Positions 11,623 through 24,964 of a stretch of DNA of 64,000 nt are shown here, piece by piece. The notes under the pieces are model-generated. The model did no database searches. It was not told the DNA's origin and saw only the letters and a program-made list of their open reading frames with translations. The position numbers and the translations under genes are program-made. Location of the stretch: positions 65,185,966 through 65,249,965 of the forward strand of contig NC_068985.1 in NCBI RefSeq assembly GCF_001194135.2, read 5' to 3'. The stretch is from Octopus bimaculoides. Lineage: Eukaryota. Every line of letters begins with the position of its first letter. The stretch's first letter is position 1.

Positions 11623-14600
11623 TATAATGGGAGGCAAGGTTCACGATATTGCATGAATATTGCCTTCTATTATAATTGTTTGTTGTGTTGTTTCAGGCTC
11701 CAGCAAGCGAGGAAAGAAATTTCAAGTGGAAATGCAATTCACAACTAGTTTTATTTACATTGTTACAAAGAACAAATGATGTGTATCGCTCTCAGTAGAC
11801 CATCTCAAGCTGTGTATGTTTCGTTGAATCTCCATTTACGCGGGCCCATTACCTCTGGAGATACGACTTGCAGACAGGACAAGCCTGGAGACCCAGCCAG
11901 CAAATGTGTGTTCAGCAAACGCTTGCGGTGAAAAAAGAGAGAGAATCTGTTTGTTGGGCCCTTATATCCAGTTTGCCATTGCGAGCCTCGTGATCTCGTG
12001 CATGGCAAACGGATGCAGGTGAGATCTCGCTCCAGTCTCAGAGATGGCAATGGCTGCCAGCAAGATCTCATCCAATATGGCATTGACTGCTTGTGCCACT
12101 ACAAGGGCTCCCCACTGAGAACGCGAGTGCAAAAACAGAACAATTGGAGCAGGCACAAGAAAGAGCAAAGATGGTAACTGATTGCAACCAACAAGATATG
12201 GTACAAAAATGTGACAGGTCAAATAGAAAAATAATTGCAAGAAATATAAATTGGCATGCACAAAATTTGACAAAATGTTCAATGGCAGAGTATTGGAACT
12301 GTTCAGTAACACAAGAAAGCAATTGTCTGTCACAAGAAACACAAAAGAGATTGTCAGATATAAATAGTTTTTGTAAGTTTTGTGGACCAATGCACACTAC
12401 GGCCTGTCCTGGTGACATAAGGTGGGTTTGTGTTAGGTTGTGGCAATGAAGGTGGAGTTGTAGGTGATGGTGTGGTCAAAGGTGCATGTGTAAGTGGTTG
12501 TAATAGATCAAAAGTGGGCGTGGCTGGAGTGTCATCAAAGGGCATGGAAACTTCAAAATATGCCTTTTTCAGTCTGTCAACTGTCACGGTCTCTGCCCGA
12601 CCACCAATGTTGAGAGTAAAAATTTTGAGTGTGCACGACAGCACACAAAATGGTCCTTTGTAAGGAGAAACAAACAGTCCTCTAACAGAATCGTCCTGAA
12701 CAAAAACATGAGTCCATTTGTCAATATCCGGTGGTCACGTGGATCCATGGGTGGAAGACTTGAGAGAAAGGAGTGAAGTCTGGTGACATACAATGTTGGA
12801 TCAGGAGGCAACGAGTTGTCTGGCACTAACATTGTACCAGGGAGTGCCAGGGTGGTAATGTAAAGGAGTTCAGCGGAGGAGAAACCTGAGTCTGTTTTAA
12901 TATCAGTGCGACAACCAATGAGAGAAATGATTGACGCATGCCAATATGTTAGAGAAACCGCGACTGAAAGGTCATGGTCCAACCAGATCAATGTGGACAT
13001 GGCGAAAGCAAGTCTCCGGAGGAGAAAACTGTCCAAGAGGAGCGTGAATATGCCTGTGGATTTTAGAACACTGGCATTTTACACAAGAGCGTGCCCAATC
13101 GGTGATCATCCGGCACATATTAGGCCAGAAAAACTGAGCCGTAATAAGCTTCACCGAGGCAGCGACACCAGGATGTAACAGTGAATGCAAGGCATCAAAA
13201 ACAGAGCACTGGTAGTTCTCATGTACAAACGGTCTGGTAGAACCAGTAGCTGTGTCACAGAGAATGGTGCCTTCAGCAGACGAAAGTGGAAGATAGGCCA
13301 ACTTACAACAGGACAACTTGGTAGAAGCTAAATCCAAAGTGTCCAGAGCTGGCCGATCTTGTGCAATGGCAGTTAAATCAATTGCAGCAGGAGATGAAAG
13401 GGAGCACACAGGAAGACGAGAGAGTGCATCAGCAGGCATGTTCTCTGTTCCAGGTATGTGCCGAATGTCACTTGTAAACTGGGAAATGTAGTCCAGGTGA
13501 CGAAAAGCACGAGGCGAGTGTTTGTCCGATTTAGATGACAAAGCAAATGTAAGAGGTTTGTGATCAGTATAAATCACAAAATCTCAGCCCTCGACTTGAT
13601 GTTGAAAATAACGAACTGACAAGTAGATCACCAAGAGCTCGCAATCAAATGTACTGTTCTGACATTCAGCTGGCTTTAATTGACAAGTAAAAAACACCAA
13701 AGGTTTAGTCTGATTGTCTACAGCACCAACTGCAGAATCCAATGCATCAACAGTTAAAGAGAAAGGAGCATCAGGAACAGGATGTGCAAGCAAAGGAACA
13801 GAAGCTATTTCTTTCTTGATTGACTCAAAAGCAGATAAATAGAATTCTTTTTTGTATTTGCTTTCAATAGTTAAGTCAAGGGAAGAAACTTGTCTCACAA
13901 TCATGAATGAATCGTCTGTAAAAGTTGACGACTCCCAAAAAGTGGCAGAGTTGGTGTAATGAAGTGGGGGGTGCGATGCACTGAATTGCATCGACTTTGG
14001 AAGAGAGAGGTCTGATGCCATTTGAGTCGATATAATGCCCCAGAAATTCCAGAGAGGACTGCCCAAAAACACACTTATCAGACTTGATTCACACATTGTA
14101 GGCGCGAAGATGCTGAAAGAGTTGATTTAAGTGTTGGAGGGGATTCTCATGTGTACCACTTGCAATGAGTATGTCATCAACTTGGCTTGTATGTAGTGAG
14201 ACGCAAAGCCAAATAGAGCAACTAAAACCAGTGTCAACCATGAACGACTCGTTAGACACGTGGTCCTTTGCAAAAAGTGCACCATTTGAGGATAATTGGC
14301 TGGAAGTGCTTGACATGCTCAAGCCCTCTGCAGGTCGTTTCCCAATGACTGGAAAGAACAAAGCTGAATGCATTCACAGGCTTTATGCTGATACCTGGTG
14401 TGGTACCAACAAAGACGAGAACTAGACGGAAAGGAATCAGTCAAGCATGAATGGGACCAGCTTCGACTGCGCAAAGATCTGGTGTGCCCTCCCCAAAGCA
14501 CATCCATTCGGCATGTTAAAGAAGCAAGTTTCTCCAAAATATCATCATGTAGTGAGGAAGATGCAGTGGAGGAAACCTCTGAGCAAGAGCAGAAATGGTG

Positions 14601-15993
14601 AGGTGCTGGCTGGTCAGCGAACTCTAAAATTTTATCAGCCATGGTAGCTAGTTGATTCATGGTGTTGGTATCAACCGCTGTGGCTAAAATGGTTTGCACA
14701 TTGGGAGGTAGCCAGAAGAAAAGCTTCCGTAAAAGCGAGTTTTCCTCAGTTGTGTCGCTGAACTTGCATAGATGCCGTAAGAATTGAGATGGTGTCCTGT
14801 CTCCTAGCTCCTCATCCTGCATTAGCTGCTTAAACTTAGACTCTGTAGATTTAGTGTTCTGTCGGAGAACCTCAGCTTTGATTACCTTGTAAGTCGCATC
14901 TGGATGAGGATCAGTGATGACATCCTTGACCGAAGTAGCAAGTGGTGCAGGAATGCTACAAAAGAGAAGATTTAATTGTCGCTGTGAAGGTACCGCATGT
15001 GCTGCAAAATGTGCCTCCAACTGTGAAAACCAAAGTATGACGTCACCAGTGAAAGAAAGAAGATTAGTTAAACTCATTTTGTTTTTTTTCTGTTAGAGGA
15101 GAAAAAGAAAAGGACCAAAAAATCAACAAAAAGTGTTGCTGGAAATAGCAGTGTGTGCGAGAAAAAAAATTTTTTTTAGCAAAATTTATTGAATCATGTA
15201 TTGTATGCACAGACAAGGAAAAGAATTTTTCATCGCCAAACCTGTTTTTTTGCGCTAAAAGAAAAACAAAAAACACAAAAAACAGTGATTGTATATGTGT
15301 GCTTGTACCCATAAATTTTTTTTTTGTTTTGTTAGTTGAAAAAGTCGCCAGAAAATGGTGCATGACTGGTAATGTCCTGTTCCCACATGGGGCAATTCAA
15401 ATCTGGCGGCAGACAGGAACGATGGCTAGAAGTTGAGTTGATTCTTCTGGCGTCCTGTAATTCCTTTCAGCTGCTGGAGATCCTTATCACGTTGGGGTCA
15501 CCATTTTATAATGAGAGGCAAGGATCACGATATCGCATGAATATCACCTTCTCCCATTATAACTGTTTGTTGTGTTGTTTCAGACTCCAGCAGGCGAGGA
15601 AAGAAGTCTCAAGTGGAAATGCAATTCACAACCAGTTTTATTTACATAGTTACACAGAACAAATGATGTGAGTCGCTCTCAGTAGACCATCTCAAGCTGT
15701 GTACGTTTCGTTGTATCTCCATTTACACGGGCTCATTACCTCTGGAGATATGACATGCAGACAGAACTAGCCTGGAGACCCAGCCAGTGAATGTATGTTC
15801 AGCAAACGCTTGCGGTGAAAAAAGAGAGAGAATCTGTTTGTTGGGCCCTTATATCCAGTTTGCCATCGCGAGCCTCGTTGTGATCTCGCTCATGGCAAAT
15901 GGATGCAGGTGAGATCTTGCTCCAGTCTCAGAGATGGTAATGACTGCTGGCAAGATCTCATCCAATATGGCGCTGACTGCTTGTGCCGCTACA
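11623..15993 (-). mobile_element. Ty3/gypsy LTR element B: both LTRs, 4-bp TSD CCTT, internal deletions in PR-RT and integrase
   Basis: LTRs 15507-15993 and 11623-12103; CCTT at 11619-11622 and 15994-15997; PPT-like ggggagccct; gag WFSQLEAHF, protease MVDTG, RT VDDILIA, RNaseH YTDHKPL, integrase HIDLVGP. Confidence 0.95.
15486..15503 (-). promoter_or_regulatory. Primer binding site of element B, tRNA-Trp type
   Basis: TGGTGACCCCAACGTGAT, 17/18 match to the complement of the tRNA-Trp 3' end (ATCACGTCGGGGTCACCA, from memory), 3 nt after the 5' LTR. Confidence 0.85.
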
Positions 15994-16534
15994 CCTTTGT
16001 TAAAGATAAATACTATGAATGCAGCTATATCATATTGGTGTGCATTCTGCCACAGGCAAAGATAGCAGGAAATGATAATAATGATGAATTATCTCCCCTG
16101 TGTTTTACTGTCTTTTTCTAAATGTGCATGCTCAATCAAAAGTCACTTACATCAAATGCAGTTACTAAAGTGTCATTGTTTTACCAGCTTGATAAATGAC
16201 AAAATAAATTAATATTCCCACCAGGAAACCCTGAACAGCTGTCTATCACAAGGATTTTATGGTCTTGTAATGATTATAATGATTATTATGTATATATATA
16301 TTTTTGTGTGTGTGTGTACATATTGCATGTATCATAGATGCACTATGTTTTTGCATGTTGTGAGAAGTGATTGAAAGGGTTTGCAACAGGAAAGGTATCC
16401 AGCCATAAAACACTGCTCATAATTAGACTCATTCAACCATGCTACAATTGAAAGTTGAATGTAAAATGATTATGCATGTGTTTGTATGTATTTATGTGTG
16501 TATGTGTGTGCATACAAAAAGGAGAAAAACTATA

Positions 16535-16581
<47 letters not shown>

Positions 16582-16689
16582 GATAGGAAAAAATAAACTA
16601 AACAATAACAATAATAGCAAAAACAACATACAAAATGCCAACAACACACAAAATAGGTTAATGGAATCAAACAAAAATACAAAAATTCC

Positions 16690-18345
16690 AAGGTCTTATG
16701 ATACAACCCAATTTTCAGATTGCAAATGTCATCAAAGATAGATAAACAATTCCTTGCAGCATTAGATAGATGCTTCCCTAAAACACATAAATATCGTATC
16801 TTCAACAAGCATACAGTGAAAATATCATATGCTACATCCACATGGAGTACTATAAATACAAATACAACAATAAAAAAAATACATGCAAACAACAGCCACA
16901 GACAAGGAACAAACAGAACAAAACACAATAGATAATAACCCCAACAACTATAATAGGATCCAAACAAAAACTTTAAAAAAAGAATCGACAAAACAGGTAA
17001 TAACATCAAAAACACTCCAGACACTTCTAATCAACTGGAAAAACAAAAACAAAATGTCACCAATAACTACAAAAATAAAAATAGTGCAAATCATTGCAGC
17101 TGCCACAAGAAATCTGCTTGGCCGCTCATGAACAAATACATGCAAAAATGCATCATATACAAAGATATAATCATCACACCACAACATAAATATGCATATA
17201 TAGGAGCCTCCAAAAACCAATTCAAAGTCCATTATTGCAACCACGTCTCCTCATTCTGAAAGATAAACTGGCGACATGCAACATCACTAGCTGATGGAGA
17301 TTAAAAGAAGGGAAAATAAAATATGAAATAGAATGGTCACTAATAAAAAATGCACGTGTTTTCTTTGTATCGTCTATTTGTATGTTTTGTCCCATTCTTG
17401 TATCACCTAACTGTCTGGATGTTTTGCATCCTTCTCCTATTCTGTATTATTTATACACATATATATAGCGGCATACGTACAACTTGTCTCTTATATGTAA
17501 GTATACATTTTTCTAAATCTTGTATGACTCTATTTCTGTCTATCAGCCCCTTCACCCTTATTCATTCAGTCCACTGTTCGTTCTTTCATTCCCCCTCACT
17601 CACATTTCCTTGCCATCTCTTCTTTCCCTCCACTTTTCACTTCACTGTGACCCTGTCATTTTTCTCACCCTCCCTAATTCTTTTGTCCCTCTGCCTCTAC
17701 CTCTCTCTCTCTTTTCTTCCCACGTGACTGGTGTTTGGCCAAACATGATCTTTCTTTCTTGGCCTGCTGTTGTGCGTGCAACATCGTTACTCCTCCTTGT
17801 GCTTGTGAAATCTTGTATTCCTGCCATAAGGCCTTATTTCCACAACACCAGCTTAATTTAATTCGTCCTTAGTTGTTATGTCCTGTTTTATTATTTTTAT
17901 TGTATTTGTGTAACATTGTTCGTTTTTTTCCGTCCTTGTTTTTGTATACATTCACTGCTTTCTTCTAAGGAATCTAATACCCTTAGCTTAGTTTTTCCTT
18001 TGGGGCTGGCCAGATTGGAGCAATATCGAGAATAACCAGCTAAAATTGCAATGATAATTTGGATCTCAACTGAAGAGAGAAAACTCTGAATGACATGTCC
18101 GTGTTTTCTTTGTATCGTCTATTTGTATGTTATGTCCCTTTCTTGTATCACCTAACTGTCTGGATGTTTTGCATCCTTGTCCCATTCTGTATTACTTATA
18201 CATATAATATATTATTCAGCATATGTGGCCTGTGCCTTGAGGAAGCCTTGTGCATTCTGTTAAGTAATGAAAACTTGGTAAACAAGCATGCTGAGAAAAT
18301 CCGAAGATGTTGTCACTGCACCATATTTGCATTTTCCAGATACAA
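16690..18345 (+). mobile_element. Penelope-like element fragments with directly repeated pseudo-LTR sequence
   Basis: IDKQFLAALDRCFPKTHKYRIFNKHTVKISY; GIY-YIG YIGASKNQFKVHYCNH; CGLCLEEALCILL; ~110-bp direct repeat at ~17353 and ~18097. Confidence 0.8.
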
Positions 18346-18799
18346 TACAGTAGATGAATAACAATAATTCAGTGAACTCTCCCCCTCTCCCTTTCTACCT
18401 ATCCATGTGTGTGTGTGTGTCATTTACATGTCTGTCCGTATGTTTAGTATGTATTTGATGTATGTATCTACGCACATATGCACATCTGTGTAGGTATATG
18501 AGTGTGTATATTTTCATTGGCCATGATGAGACACACAATAATGTAGGACTGGTGAACCTCTAATAGATGAAGAGTTCTGATTGTTATTTGTACAGGAGGG
18601 ACATATACATAATGCTATGAAGGAGCTGGTGCTGATGCTGGTGCAACCAGATCATCAATGTAGTGCTGTAGAGAGGGGAATTACGGCAACAGCATACCTA
18701 AATCATATGAACCAAGGAAATGCAAACTTTATTTGACATAAAATTATAACATCTTCATTTAACACTTTAGTATGTCGAACAAGAGATTCAAAGTCTTAT

Positions 18800-18930
18800 A
18801 TACGATGGGCTTCTTTCAGTTTCTGTCTACCAAATCCACTTACAAAGCTTTGGTCGGCCCGAGGCTATAGTAGAAGACACTTGCCCAAAGTGTCACGCAG
18901 TGGGAATGAACCCGGAACCATGTGGTTGGT
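18800..18930 (-). mobile_element. tRNA-derived SINE
   Basis: Minus strand: accaaccacatggttccgggttcattcccactgcgtg... B-box-like head, body ending cccatcgtata. Confidence 0.8.
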
Positions 18931-19240
18931 CAGACCACGTAAGTTGATCCATCGGTAGTCTGGAGTATTTCATAAGTTTCTTGCACTTTTCCCAAGTTTA
19001 ACACAAAACTTTATTGCCTACTGAGCTTTCAAATTCTTTTCACATCCCAACAGCATTCTACAAACTAGTCAGCTGTGACAAGCAGTGTTTAGTAGAGTGT
19101 GTTCAAAGNNNNNNNNNNNNNNNNNNNNNNNNNNNNNNNNNNNNNNNNNNNNNNNNNNNNNNNNNNNNNNNNNNNNNNNNNNNNNNNNNNNNNNNNNNNN
19201 NNNNNNNNNNNNNNNNNNNNNNNNNNNNNNNNNNNNNNNN

Positions 19241-19606
19241 CCAGTGATTAGGGCAGTGGACTCACGGTCGTAGGATCGCGGTTTCGATTCCCGGACCGGG
19301 CATTGTGAGTGTTTATTGAACGTAAACACCTAAAGTTCCACAAGGCTCCGGCAGGGGATGGTGGTGAACCCTGCTGTACTCTTTCACCACAACTTTCTCT
19401 CACTCTTTCTTCCTGTTTCTGTTGTACCTGTATTTCAAAGGGTCAACCTTGTCACACTCTGTGTCACGCTGAATCTCCCCGAGAACTACGTTAAGAGTGC
19501 ATGTGTTTGTGGAGTGCTCAGCCACTTGCACGTTAATTTCATGAGCAGGCTGTTCCGTTGATCGGATCAACTGGAACCCTTGTCGTTGTAGCCAACGGAA
19601 TGCCAA
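19241..19606 (+). mobile_element. tRNA-derived SINE (different family)
   Basis: B-box-like ggtttcgattccc at 19280-19292; 5' end runs into a gap. Confidence 0.75.
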
Positions 19607-19689
19607 CCAGACATATAGTAATGATATACTAAGATTATAATGATCTTTGACAATTATAACTGGCTCTCCTAAAAATAGTCTCAAAACAT

Positions 19690-20760
19690 CTGGAATGTAC
19701 CTTGTAGCTACCTGGTGTAGTTCTCTGCTGCTCCTTCTCTGCCTCTCTTTCCAATCCTTTCAGCTTGTGTTTAAAGTTGTCCACCATGCTACTCCACCAA
19801 CATATCATCCTCAATCAGGATAGAACTTTGCACCAACCACAAGCTTACCTGTAAGCCTCAGCAGGTTATCCTCTATGCTGTGAGTCTCTTTCATCAGATA
19901 CCTCAACTTGTACTTCTCTCAATTTTTGACTGTTTGCTAAATCTTTAAGCTTCCTTATCTTCCTTTTCCAAATTGATTTCTGATTCTGAGTGTGCCTTGC
20001 TCTAAATTTGAAGTTGTTGAGCTTTTAATATTGGAATGTACATTCTTCATCAGGGAACAACTTCACAATCACAACCATTTGCTTATCTCAGTTCCTGATG
20101 AGAATGAAGTCCCTCTGGCCAACCAAATTGATAGGTGAAATTGATAGGTGGCTGGTTGGTTTTATCAAGGCATTAGCATCATAGAACTTCAGCAGTCTTG
20201 TTCATCCCCATTTCTTGAACTAAAGTGAAAATATTCATGCACAGCATGGAATCTGTTGGAATGCTGCCCAACATGTCTGTTGAAGTTACTAGCCATGATG
20301 ATAAAGTCATTATTATTCATCATCAAGACAATCTGCATGAAGGCTTTAGAAAATCAGTCCTATTCATCTGCCAGTTCAGACTGTAGAGCATATGCACAAA
20401 TAAATTTTAATCGCATTAACCAAAACTAGTCTTTTCTTAATTACCCTATGATACTCTAAGTATTTTGATCGTTTTATCTGTATATTTTTCTTGTCTACAC
20501 CACCTACACCTTCTCAACTTCCTTGACAGAATTCATACTTTTGTTCCTTGTCCATGAATAATCTGCCAGAGGATTCTTACTATCTTACATCTTGCACACA
20601 GAGCACATCATCACATCTCCCCTCTAGCATTTCAACAATCTCACCTTTCATTGTGCCTTCACTGATTGTAGCTGCTTTGAAATCATGGACTCAGTAGGAA
20701 GAGTGAGTAGCTGGGGAATTGTTTCCAGCATCTGAAAAGAAGAAGGGCTGTGCAGACATT
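19690..20760 (-). mobile_element. Old RTE LINE 5' fragment (APE to linker)
   Basis: GTMKGEIVEMLEGRCDDVLCVQDVR, HVGQHSNRFH and CGWCKV...WWS align by eye to the other RTE copies. Confidence 0.75.
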
Positions 20761-20906
20761 TCTTCAATGATTTACTATTACCTTCAGTTACAAAACCATC
20801 TGGGCAAAGCATCAGTAAAAAGAGAAAGGAGGTCCTTCTAAGCACAAAGAGACTTGAGCCTTTTATTCAAGATTGTAGTAATTTTCAACTAAAGCTTGAA
20901 TTTACC

Positions 20907-23900
20907 ATGCAGATAGTTACTACAAACAACAAGGCTAGACACAACATCAACAACAACACAACCAAGGAACAAAATGAAAACAACAGCTCAACAGGTAAAG
21001 AGAATCTTTCTAGCTGTAGTTATAGAAGAAACTATAACTACAAAGCACATTTTTCTTGGAGTTATGAATTGAATACTGATTTATTTAACTGTTATAAAAG
21101 ATCAAAACAAAACCCCATTGTTGGCGATATGAATAGATTGAAATCATATTGGGATGATCTGCACCCAGAACTAAATCATTTTACAGCAAAACAACTACAT
21201 CACAAGCAACATTTGTGGAACATAGGAAGAAAGTTAGTGAATGTAACTTTATTTTTAAAAGCTCTGAAATTAACCTTCTCCCAAACAGTATAAATGAAAA
21301 TGTGAATGATGTTAGAACACCACATGATTTCACAGTTAGCGACATTCTAACAGATACTATACTGCCAGCCAGTCAGACTACATTACAGGCTAAAGCAACT
21401 AACAGCAACAATCATTGTAGTAGTAATTAGGGTGATATATCGATGAAATATGCCTGTAGTAAAATTTTTCAAGAAAAAATAATTATGGTTTTAAAGCACT
21501 TTCTCGAAGAGAGAGTATTTTCTACCAAAGTAAGCAAAAGACCAAGACACAGTATTAAAAGCTGTTAATGAAATCAGAGAGGAGTATTTACAGCAGTGCA
21601 ATGAACCTTCATTCTGGCAAATTAATGTCTGTCTATATGCCTTGTGTATGACCACAAAGCAACACATGAATGACACTCAGAAAATAAATAAAACCAGAAC
21701 AATGAAGAAAGTGCCATCATGAGTTTTGAAGGCAGAGAAAAATATAGCTGATTTACAGAAGACCATCAGCCAAGTGACAATCCTTATTGCTTGCAAACAA
21801 GCAAATCACTATACATTTCACCAACAAAAAGTGAAGAAGGAGATAGTAGTGATGTTTGGAGATGACAAAAAGAGAACACTAAATTGCAAACTGATTGCCC
21901 TCAAGCAGGAGCTAAAAGCTATCAGTGAGAATAACCAAAAGAAAAACGGTAAACAAAAAAATTAACCAGAACCAGACAACAGTGTACAGAGACATGAGAG
22001 GAGATGCAGTAAACATCATAGAAACTCCTTTACAAGGAGACATAGACTCCTTCTGAAGGAAAATCTGGAGTGAACGGATGGAGTTTAACTGAGATACTCT
22101 GTGGCTGGAAGAAATTCAAAGAAGTTATTGCCCCTGCATTATATCCATGACATACAGCATTAATGGTGATACCCTTGTGACTGTAATCCAGAAACTTAAG
22201 GATGGAAAAGCACCTGGAAGAGACTTGATTGCTGGATACTGGGACAAGAAGCTAACCTTCTCTTCTACTGACCATATCTTATCAACCTGTACCAGCAAGC
22301 TCTCAATGGGAATAGTAGAATACCACACTGGTTAACTCTGGCAGAGACAAAACTAATCCCCAAAAGCAGAACCACCCACATAGCAAAAAATTAGCAGCCA
22401 ATAGCATGCCAGAACTTAATGTACAAAACATATACAGCATGTTTAAACCTCTTTCTCCAAGACCATTGTGAAAGTAATAACATCATCACAGCAGAACAAG
22501 CAGCTGGGAAGAAGAGAGTTTGGGGATGTGCCAAGCAATTGTTAATAAACAAAACTGTAATGTCAGCGGTGTAGGAACATAGTTTCAATGTGGCTGAACT
22601 ACAAGAAGACCTTTGACTCTGTCCTCCACTCATGGATGCTAGAAGCCCTTTGACTTGCTAAAGGTCCAGTGAGCATAGTCAAAGCCATAGCTGACCCAAC
22701 TTCATCATGGGCCACCATCTTGAAGTTAAATACAAGGAGTGATTGTATTATCACTGACAGAATACAGTATTGCAGAGGTATATTCCAAGGGGACAGCCTC
22801 TCTGAATTGCTGTTTACTCCTTGTCATTCATGTTAAGGAAGCCTGAAGGAAACAGAAATACCAAAATTACAGTTTCTTCAGCAACATCTTTTAACCACCA
22901 AATATTGAAGTGCATCCATTCACAAAGTTTGCATACAGAAATACCAAAATTACACAAGGAAACATAAATACCAAAATTACACAGAAATAAATTTTGGTAT
23001 TTCTGAGTGACTTGAAACTATATGCAAAGAATATGCATGAGATGAAAAAGAGCCTTGACCTGGTTACAACATTCTCAAAAGATATTGGGTTGGAGTTTGG
23101 TCAGGATAAATGTTGCTATATGGTTGTGAAAAGACAAAAAACTGTAAACCAGACTAGCAGCATCTCCATCAATGACTTAATTGTTTCCCCCAATATCTGC
23201 TGAAGAATGTTGCAGGTACATAGGGGTGGATGAATACATATCTTATGATGGCACCTGTAACAAGACATGTGTCACTAAAGAATATTACAGCCGAATAAAG
23301 AAAATATGAACCTCAGATCTAACTGCATGCAGTTAAACAGTGGCCCACAATGTGTTTGCAGTGCTAGTACTCATACCAACATTTAGGCTATTTGATTGGA
23401 CACTTGATGAGATCTGGTTAGTGATTGTATTATCACTGACAGAATACAGTATTGCAGAGGTATATTCCAAGGGGACAGCCTCTCTGAATTATGCATACTA
23501 ACCAGCATGCATAATTTCCATATCAACAGTCTCTACCTAAAATGAAAACAAGGGAGCAGAGACTTAACATCAGTTCAGATTGCCTTTGAATGTCATATAT
23601 CCCTTCAGCAACATCTTTAACCACCAAATATTGAGGTGCATCCCTTCATCAAGTTTGCATACATGAGGCTGAAAACATCATGAGACTTGGAAAGCAGCTG
23701 CTTGAGCAGCATTCCTTGTCTGATAACCCAAAAAAGTCACATGACTCTACAATATACCATCAGATGAAAAGATGAGCATATATCAGCAGAAGATCGTGCA
23801 TAGATATGTTAGCATAACCATGCATAGCAACATTGATCATCAAAGCATCATGGACCAACAACTGGATTACTAACTCCCACTTTGAAAGATATTTTTTTGA

Positions 23901-24761
23901 AATCCAGGAACAGGAAATATCAACCAAATGCCTGATGCATAAATAGGAGGGAGACATAGGGAAAGCAGTAAAATGTGACAACCAACACAGACTTTGTGGA
24001 GTTAACACCAACAATATCACTTACATCATAAGTAGTTGTCTGAAAATGTCATCATGGTATTATCTACTGATGAGACATGATGTTGTAACTAAGATACTGT
24101 ATATTGAAATCCATCAAAAGGATAACCCACAGTGTGGTAGAAGCCATAGCCACTCATAATAAAAAGGAGTACTGGTGGAATATCCCAGTGAAAACCTCAA
24201 TAAAATGTAAACATAATAGATTTAACATAGTAATTTAGGATAGAGAAGAGAAACTGTGTACAGATGTGAAAATCAGCTGCCCACTGAATGTTACATAAAG
24301 CTAAAAATCAGTGAAAAAGAAAATACCTATGCTGAACTATTGAGAAATCTACAGTTACTCTACCCAGATTACAAGTTCAGATTTATACTTGTAATTATTG
24401 GGGTACTGGGATATGTAACACATTGCCTAAGTACCAATCATGAAAAATTAGGGTTTGCAAAGCCAGAAAGGAGAAAGCTGATTTGAAGACTACAGATCCA
24501 ATCCATCACTGGAACTGTAAAAATCTGTTAAACTTTCCAGAAGTTTATCATTTAAGTATATATGCAACTTTATGCATGAAAATACATACATAAAACAAAA
24601 CATAAAAATTTGCACTTGCACTGACTCTAAATATTGCACATATACATACATACATGCAGAAACACCCTGTTGATGTTGTTAAAATTCCAATGAAGGACTT
24701 GGATGTAGGTTAGAAACTGGCTCTTTCTCTATTGGCAAAAAATCTTGAAATAAAACTGAAT
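20907..24761 (+). mobile_element. R4/Dong-type non-LTR retrotransposon (RT + restriction-like endonuclease), near full length, decayed
   Basis: N-terminal WSYELNTDLFNCY...YWDDLHP; RT KAPGRD, RGIFQGDSLS, FLSDLKLY; CCHC-like CRLCG...IISSC, RHD, and RLE D..SCP..EKENTY; 3' UTR ending ataaaactgaat. Confidence 0.9.
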
Positions 24762-24964
24762 GACATACATACATATATATACATATGTACATACATACAG
24801 TGCACTTCCTGTTCTGTCTCATATTCACATTGTACTTGGACTTTGCATCTCTTTCTTTATTTCTCTCACTTTCCAGGTGGGCATACCTTGTTATTCATCT
24901 CTTCAGCAAGACACCTGCTCCTTTCCCTCTATCATAGTTTCTTTCTCCAGTTTATACCCGGCTC

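Noticed and set aside
18800-19300. tRNA-like B boxes
   Set aside because: They are SINE heads; no cloverleaf or acceptor stem.
24680-24730. Hammerhead-like look of the R4 3' UTR (aatgaagg...agaaactgg), also at 53155-53200
   Set aside because: The CUGANGA core has two mismatches in both copies and stem I does not pair; at most a 3' UTR hairpin.
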